From: Candidatus Latescibacterota bacterium
GTDB taxonomy: Bacteria; Latescibacterota; UBA2968; GCA-2709665
Assembly (NCBI GenBank): GCA_965222075.1
Contig: OZ244937.1
Span: forward strand, 384,001 to 448,000
Length of the DNA stretch: 64,000 nt
Direction: 5' to 3'
Shown: positions 58,423-64,000 of the stretch, piece after piece
Numbering within the stretch: position 1 is the first letter of the stretch
Layout of the letters: every line of letters starts with the position of its first letter
Program-made: the position numbers and the translations under genes
The notes under the pieces: generated by a model
Seen by the model: only the letters and a program-made list of their open reading frames with translations
Database searches by the model: none
What the model was told of the DNA's origin: nothing

Positions 58423-60786
58423 TTATTGTGTCGAATCAATGCGGGTCTTCCAGGTCTGGATAATCTGCTCTATCTTTTCCCTGTCTCTTGCGTTGGGGTT
58501 GATTCGCAGCAGCTCTTCAATACAGGTCACTGCGCTGTCGGTCTGTCCGGCTTCTTTGAATTTGGCCGCAAGCAGTCGGTAGTGTTCGGCCAGGAGACTC
58601 CAGGATTCGGGTGGGTCGAGGGCGTGGGCGGGAAGGAGCCTTTCGGCCTGCTGGAGGACCTGGAAGGCGTTGGTGTAGAGGCCCTGCTGGGCGTAGGCCC
58701 GGATCAGTCCATCGAAGATCACGATGTAGTTTCCAAGCAGCCGACGGGCCACCGGGTCTTTATAGACGGTGCTGTCGGCAACGCCTTCATAGCGGTAAGT
58801 GTTGAGGACGTTGCGGGCGGTCCGCCGGGTATCGAACTGCCCCAGCGCCCGCTTTTTAACCAGCCGGTAGGCCATGCCCTCCATGGAGAGATAAGACCTG
58901 AGGCCGGCCATATTGGAGTTGGGCACGGTGACGGCGAAGTAGATGGGATGCTCCCAGTTGACCTGCTGGATAATCCACCAGATCATTACTGTATGGGACT
59001 CGACCACAGGGATGCGCCGGTCGGAATCTCCGGCGAAGTACTGGGCCGTGGGGATGTCTTCGGCCTTGATGGTAATGCCGGCAATCTCCATGTCTTTGGG
59101 TTCCCGCCAGGGCCGGGCGATGGCTTCCTGGTAGATCTGCTGGTCGTTGAGTTTGATGGGGATTTTAGGGTCAAGGTCCCGGAGCTGTCTGATGTACCAG
59201 GCGGTTTTGAGGAGGCTCAGATTGGTCACGCGGATATCAGTCCGGATGCCTTTGGCATACTGGAGATACCAGAGCGGGTAGGTGTCGTTGTCTCCATTCG
59301 TAAACAGGATGGCGTTCGGCTCACAGCTTTGGAGGATGTTGTAAGCGTAGTCGTGGGCGATGTGGTTGCCAGACCGGTCCTGGGAGAAGCGGTTGTTGTC
59401 CAGGATACCTGCGGGAAGCAGCAGGGCCAGGCAGGCGGCCAGACCGGCCAGGGGGACTGAGGCCAGGGCCCGGCCGAGAGCGGCGATGAGCCCGGCGGCG
59501 CCGATGCCGATCCAGAAGCCGAAGAACGTGTAGGCCCCCACGAAGATGTATTCCCGCTCCCGGGGCTCGGGATCGGGCATGTTGAGGTAGAGGACCAGTC
59601 CGATGCCCATCAGCGCAAATATCGCAAAGACCGTGGCAAACCGCTTCCAGTCTTTGCAGAAGTGGTAGACGGCGCCCCCGATGCCAAAGAGGAGGGGGAG
59701 GATGGAAAAGGAGAGGGTCTCATACTTCGAGGCGTAGGTGCCGATCGCCCGTCGGAAGGTGCTGGTGAGGGTGTCGTAGTAGGGGAACTGCTGGAGGAAG
59801 TATTTGGTGTGGATGTTGAGCTGATAGGTCCAGAATTCCCCCCGCCGGGGAAAGATACTGTGCGTGCCGTACTGCTCCCGGGCCAGAAAGGCCTTGAAGT
59901 TCTCCCAGGTCTCGGGATTGTTCATGTCGATTAGGGGATTGAGCCCGGAGCGGATGAACAGGGCGAGATAGGTGGAATACCCCAGCCCCGCCATCAGGAC
60001 GCCACAGACCCAGAACCGGGGGTTGCGCCAGGCGGGCCGGAGGATCACCAGCCCCACCAGGATGGCCAGCGTCATCAGGACCGTAACCCCCATCGGCAGG
60101 ACAATGGCCAGGAAGGGATAGAGGATGAGCCCGGTGACCATAAGAACCTGGTCTTTGAAAGGCCGGTCTTTCATCAGGTCGGTAAAGAGGAGGATGAGGA
60201 TGCCCGGAACGGTGAGCAGGCACTGGAGGTGCACCCCGGCGCCCAGCCCGAAGAGGTAGGCGATGAGGATGAGCAGCCGGTCGCTGTTTCGGTCTTTGTG
60301 CGTGTCGTCCCAGCGGAGGGCCAGCCAGAAGGCCAGGAGGGTAATGCACATCGAGAGGCCGTAGACCTCGGCCTCGGTGGCGTTGGACCAGAAGGAGGTG
60401 GAAAAGGCGGTGCTGAGGGCAGCGACTGCGCCACCGGTGATGATGGCGAACTGGTCCGTGCCGTTCTGGGGATGCAGCCAGATGCAGAGGAGCCGAACCA
60501 CACAGAGGTAGATCAGGAGGACCGTTGCCGCGGCGGAGAAGACCGACATGAGGTTGACGCGGAAGGCGATCTCTCCCGGCAGGGGCAGCATGGAGAAGGT
60601 ACGCCCCAGGAGGGTGTAGAAGGGCGCGCCGGGGGGATGCGGCACACCCAGGATGTAAGAGGTGGTGATGAACTCTCCGCAGTCCCAGAAGGAGGCGGTG
60701 GGAGCGGCGGTTTTGAAGTAGATGAGAAAGACAATGAAAAAGACCGCTGCGGCGACGAAGCGGTTGCGCGTTTGAAAGGTGGTCAT
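58423..60786 (-). CDS. DUF2723 membrane protein (GT-C fold, TMEM260-like)
   Basis: WDCGEF, PHPPGAP, EAEVY, RERE, FTNGDNDTYPLWY. Confidence 0.9.
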   Translation of the reverse strand: MTTFQTRNRFVAAAVFFIVFLIYFKTAAPTASFWDCGEFITTSYILGVPHPPGAPFYTLLGRTFSMLPLPGEIAFRVNLMSVFSAAATVLLIYLCVVRLLCIWLHPQNGTDQFAIITGGAVAALSTAFSTSFWSNATEAEVYGLSMCITLLAFWLALRWDDTHKDRNSDRLLILIAYLFGLGAGVHLQCLLTVPGILILLFTDLMKDRPFKDQVLMVTGLILYPFLAIVLPMGVTVLMTLAILVGLVILRPAWRNPRFWVCGVLMAGLGYSTYLALFIRSGLNPLIDMNNPETWENFKAFLAREQYGTHSIFPRRGEFWTYQLNIHTKYFLQQFPYYDTLTSTFRRAIGTYASKYETLSFSILPLLFGIGGAVYHFCKDWKRFATVFAIFALMGIGLVLYLNMPDPEPREREYIFVGAYTFFGFWIGIGAAGLIAALGRALASVPLAGLAACLALLLPAGILDNNRFSQDRSGNHIAHDYAYNILQSCEPNAILFTNGDNDTYPLWYLQYAKGIRTDIRVTNLSLLKTAWYIRQLRDLDPKIPIKLNDQQIYQEAIARPWREPKDMEIAGITIKAEDIPTAQYFAGDSDRRIPVVESHTVMIWWIIQQVNWEHPIYFAVTVPNSNMAGLRSYLSMEGMAYRLVKKRALGQFDTRRTARNVLNTYRYEGVADSTVYKDPVARRLLGNYIVIFDGLIRAYAQQGLYTNAFQVLQQAERLLPAHALDPPESWSLLAEHYRLLAAKFKEAGQTDSAVTCIEELLRINPNARDREKIEQIIQTWKTRIDSTQ

Positions 60787-60906
60787 TGCGGTCAGGCTCC
60801 GGGCCTCGTAAAGAAAATAGACAGGGGCGGATGAGGCGCAGCGTGCTGCGTCCCTGCGGTGCCCCTATATCCCTGCGAGAGATTGCATAGGGAGGTGGAT
60901 TGCGGA

Positions 60907-61146
60907 CTATCTCAGTTCTTCGGTGTGGATCCAGATCCGGTCTGACTGCCTTTCATATTTGAGGTAGTAGACCATGTTTTCCTTAATGACCCAGCCGGTA
61001 CTTCCGGGGATGGCGACAATTTTTGCGTGCTGCTCCTCTTTCTCCGCAAAGGCGGTCCCCGGTTCCAGCAGGGGCCGGACCAGGTTGGCGATGAGCAGGA
61101 AGGCAATCAAAACGAGCAAAACCTTTGTGGATTTGTGCGTGTACAT
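60907..61146 (-). CDS. Small hypothetical exported protein
   Basis: RBS AGGAGG, signal-like N-terminus, upstream promoter. Confidence 0.65.
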   Translation of the reverse strand: MYTHKSTKVLLVLIAFLLIANLVRPLLEPGTAFAEKEEQHAKIVAIPGSTGWVIKENMVYYLKYERQSDRIWIHTEELR

Positions 61147-61251
61147 AGCTGCGTTCCTCCTGTGAGGGGTGGTATGGGGGGTTAAGATAGAGGATTCCTC
61201 CTGTAAGGGCTACGGGATGAACCCGTATAGAGGGTGTTTCAGAAGCGCTAT

Positions 61252-61280
61252 AATGTAAAGTTTCCCCCTTTTCCCGTCAA
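61252..61280 (-). promoter_or_regulatory. Sigma-70 promoter
   Basis: TTGACG-17 bp-TACATT on the minus strand. Confidence 0.55.
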
Positions 61281-61384
61281 GCGAAAGCCGGATGAGACTA
61301 TTTCTCAACATATAGAAAAACTAAAGAAATAGGCCGCAGCCGGGAACCCAACTGTGGCCTATGAGATCGCTTTGTGGGCACCAA

Positions 61385-62242
61385 TCAGTGGAGGTAAGCC
61401 CGCAGGGGGCGGCTTCTGGAGTTGTGCCGAAGCCGCTGGATGGCTTTTTCTTTAATCTGGCGTACTCGCTCCCGGGTGAGGCCGAACCGCTCACCGATTT
61501 CTTCCAGGGTGAGGGGTTGCTCACGGTTGATTCCGAAATAGAGGCTGATGACTTCGGCTTCTCTGGGGGTGAGGCTTGCGAGGGCCTTTTCGATTTCCCG
61601 ACGGAGGGAATCGTCGATGAGGGGTTCATCGGGAGGGGGCTGCATCTGATCTTGCAGCACGTCTAAAAGGTTGTTGTCTTCTCCCTCGTTGAAGGGCGCG
61701 TCTAAGGAGAGATGACGGCTGGAGATCTTGAGGGTGTCCATGACTTCGTGGTCGCTCATATCGAGTTCGTCGGCAATCTCGCTGGGGCTGGGCTCACGCC
61801 CGAATTCCTGTTCCAGCCCGCTGGAGGCCTTGCCGATTTTGTGCAGAGCGCCTACCCGATTGAGCGGCAGCCGGACGATCCGGGATTGCTCGGCGAGGGC
61901 CTGGAGGATGGCCTGACGGATCCACCAAACCGCATACGAGATAAATTTGAACCCCTTGGTTTCATCGAACCGCTTGGCCGCTTTGATGAGGCCCAGGTTC
62001 CCTTCGTTGATCAGGTCTCCCATCGAGAGGCCCTGATTCTGATATTGCTTGGCCACGCTGACCACGAACCTCAGGTTGGCCTTGGTTAATTTTTCCAGGG
62101 CTTCCTGATCGCCTTTTTTGATCCTCTTGGCGAGGGTCACTTCCTCGGCTGCTTTTAGAAGGTTGACCTCACCGATTTCCTGCAGATACTGGTCTAACGA
62201 TTCATCTTCGCGTGCATAAGATCTCTTGGCTAGTTTAGACAC
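61385..62242 (-). CDS. RpoD/SigA-family sigma-70 factor (short form lacking region 1.1)
   Basis: [44 protein letters not shown]. Confidence 0.95.
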   Translation of the reverse strand: MSKLAKRSYAREDESLDQYLQEIGEVNLLKAAEEVTLAKRIKKGDQEALEKLTKANLRFVVSVAKQYQNQGLSMGDLINEGNLGLIKAAKRFDETKGFKFISYAVWWIRQAILQALAEQSRIVRLPLNRVGALHKIGKASSGLEQEFGREPSPSEIADELDMSDHEVMDTLKISSRHLSLDAPFNEGEDNNLLDVLQDQMQPPPDEPLIDDSLRREIEKALASLTPREAEVISLYFGINREQPLTLEEIGERFGLTRERVRQIKEKAIQRLRHNSRSRPLRAYLH

Positions 62243-62292
62243 CCGTCAGTCTCTCCTTGCACTGGGGAAGAACAGTGCGGTTGGCCGAAGGA

Positions 62293-62350
62293 ATTGCGGA
62301 ATGCGGAATGCGGATTGGAAGGTCTTAAGTCCGAAATCCGAAATCCGAAA
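62293..62350. repeat. Heptamer tandem/inverted repeat upstream of the sigma gene
   Basis: (ATGCGGA)-like x3, spacer, (TCCGAAA) x3. Confidence 0.75.
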
Positions 62351-62503
62351 ACCAACCCTCCGAAGGGGGTTTAGACTGTCGCAGTGAATATGTGGTCTGA
62401 ACTGTTGGTAACCGCGTAGAAGAGGAAGATTCTACATGACCGCACCTCCTGTTTTAAGGGATGTATACCAGGGCCTTCGGCGGGGCACCAAAGGCATGCG
62501 CGT

Positions 62504-63937
62504 TCATCTTTTCAGCATCGGTCGAAGGGCAACAAACCATGTGTGCCCCCGGTCCTTTTTGAGGAGCAGGAAGAGCAGGGGTTTGGACCGGTTTTGCGCC
62601 TTGTCGACGATTTTATGGTAATCGCGAACATTCCAGATGGCAACGCGGTCAATTTCGAATATGACGTCTCCCCGGGCGATCTCCTTTTGTTCTGCAGGCC
62701 CCCCGGGGGCGATATAGGTGACCACGACGCCCTGTCCGGTTTTTGGGATTCGCAGGCGCCTGCTTTCCATGTCCCAACGATTCTTGACCTCCAGGCCCGG
62801 CCAGCCGACATCGGAAGCGGCGAAGGCAGGCCGGGTTGACGGGTGATTGATGGAAGACCTGCGTCCTGCTACCGCGATAAGCGTGAGGGGCGTTCCATTC
62901 CGAAGAACCGAAAGTTCCAGGCGCTCCTGGGGGCGATGGTCGGCAACCAGAGTTAAAAAGCTTCCGACATCGGCTACGGGGCGTCCGGCCAGTTTGAGGA
63001 TGACATCGCCCCGTTTCACGCCTCCCTGTTCGGCGGGGCTATCCGGCTGGATCTGTCCCACCAGCACACCCTGAAAAGAGGCCAATCCCAGGGCCTCTGC
63101 AATATCGGGCGTCAGGTCCTGGGGGTCAATCCCCAGATATCCTCGAACGACTTCCCCGTTCTGCCGGAGTTCTGAAGCGACTTTGGCAGCCAGGCGGATG
63201 GGAATGGCAAATCCGATACCCGACCCGGCCGGGTTGTAGGCGGTGTTGATGCCCACGACGCGTCCGGCCATGTCGATCAGGGGACCTCCGCTGTTGCCCG
63301 GATTGATGGAGGCGTCGGTCTGGAGAAAATTCTGGTAAGAGGGGGGTGGCACATCGCCTTCGATTTTGCCTAAGTGGCGCCCTTTGGCACTGATCACACC
63401 CACACTAACGGTGTGGTGAAATCCGAAGGGACTTCCAACCGCCATTACCCAATCGCCTACCTGGATGGCATCGGAATTTCCGATGCGGGCGACCCGGCTG
63501 GTATCAATCGGGTTTTGAGAGATGAGGCGAATCAGCGCCAGGTCGGTATCCGGATCCTGTCCGATGATCTCTGCGGGATATTCGGTTCCATCCGAGAGAG
63601 AGACCCGGATGCGGATGGCCTCGTCCACGACGTGGTTGTTGGTGAGGGCGTGTCCCTCGGTGTCTATAATGACTCCAGAACCGTAGCGCACCGCTGCGGG
63701 GCTGCGGCGCGTGTGCGTCCAGGAAATTTCCTGGCCTCGAAACTTGCTTACCGAAATGCTGACGACCACAGGCTGCACCCGGCGGGCGACCTCTACAAAG
63801 GGGCTTTGGAGCCTATTGGTCAGCCCTGGTGCGAGGGGGTCGACAGCCTGAACGGGCCGGATACAAAGGCCGAGGCTTATCAGACCTGTACAGAAAACCG
63901 CCTGCCGAATACAGGATAGCGTTCCTTGGGTTGCCAT
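62504..63937 (-). CDS. HtrA/DegP-family serine protease with two PDZ domains
   Basis: TNNHV, DTDLAL, NPGNSGGPL, two PDZ domains. Confidence 0.93.
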   Translation of the reverse strand: MATQGTLSCIRQAVFCTGLISLGLCIRPVQAVDPLAPGLTNRLQSPFVEVARRVQPVVVSISVSKFRGQEISWTHTRRSPAAVRYGSGVIIDTEGHALTNNHVVDEAIRIRVSLSDGTEYPAEIIGQDPDTDLALIRLISQNPIDTSRVARIGNSDAIQVGDWVMAVGSPFGFHHTVSVGVISAKGRHLGKIEGDVPPPSYQNFLQTDASINPGNSGGPLIDMAGRVVGINTAYNPAGSGIGFAIPIRLAAKVASELRQNGEVVRGYLGIDPQDLTPDIAEALGLASFQGVLVGQIQPDSPAEQGGVKRGDVILKLAGRPVADVGSFLTLVADHRPQERLELSVLRNGTPLTLIAVAGRRSSINHPSTRPAFAASDVGWPGLEVKNRWDMESRRLRIPKTGQGVVVTYIAPGGPAEQKEIARGDVIFEIDRVAIWNVRDYHKIVDKAQNRSKPLLFLLLKKDRGHTWFVALRPMLKR

Positions 63938-64000
63938 AGAACCGGAATTATCGTTTGCCCTGGGGCCAACAGAACGGGTTTTTCACGCCTTTGCCTCTTC

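Overview
GC-rich bacterial chromosome segment. A short RpoD-type sigma factor, a DUF2723 protein and the F-ATPase features suggest an FCB-superphylum organism such as Latescibacterota or Gemmatimonadota (inference only). The left end (3-6577) is the F0F1 ATP synthase operon atpBEFHAGDC. The right end (50.7-64 kb) is housekeeping: nadE, a CMP-kinase-like protein, PpiD/SurA, M23 peptidase, rhomboid, DUF2723, sigma-70 and HtrA. Between them lies about 44 kb of mosaic accessory and defence DNA. It carries a type I-like R-M system (HsdR plus an HsdM-S fusion), GxxExxY, Uma2 and NucS-like nucleases, GmrSD, a 1198-aa PIN protein, DUF5131, several hicBA copies, IS5 and integrase fragments, and many gene remnants. 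Four signals stand out. (1) A 33-bp, stop-free palindromic element (CCTGCCTGC-N15-GCAGGCAGG) is inserted in-frame in three genes including atpC, and filled versus empty sites are visible in this window. (2) An ~75-bp hairpin repeat brackets the GxxExxY nuclease gene and, fused to copies of the hsdS 3' end, punctuates the island like a cassette array. (3) Three attC-like sites delimit two integron-type cassettes, one of which is pyrF. (4) A 69-bp copy of the nadE 3' end lies 25 kb from nadE. No rRNA, tRNA or CRISPR array was recognised. All family assignments come from motif recognition by eye, with no database searches.
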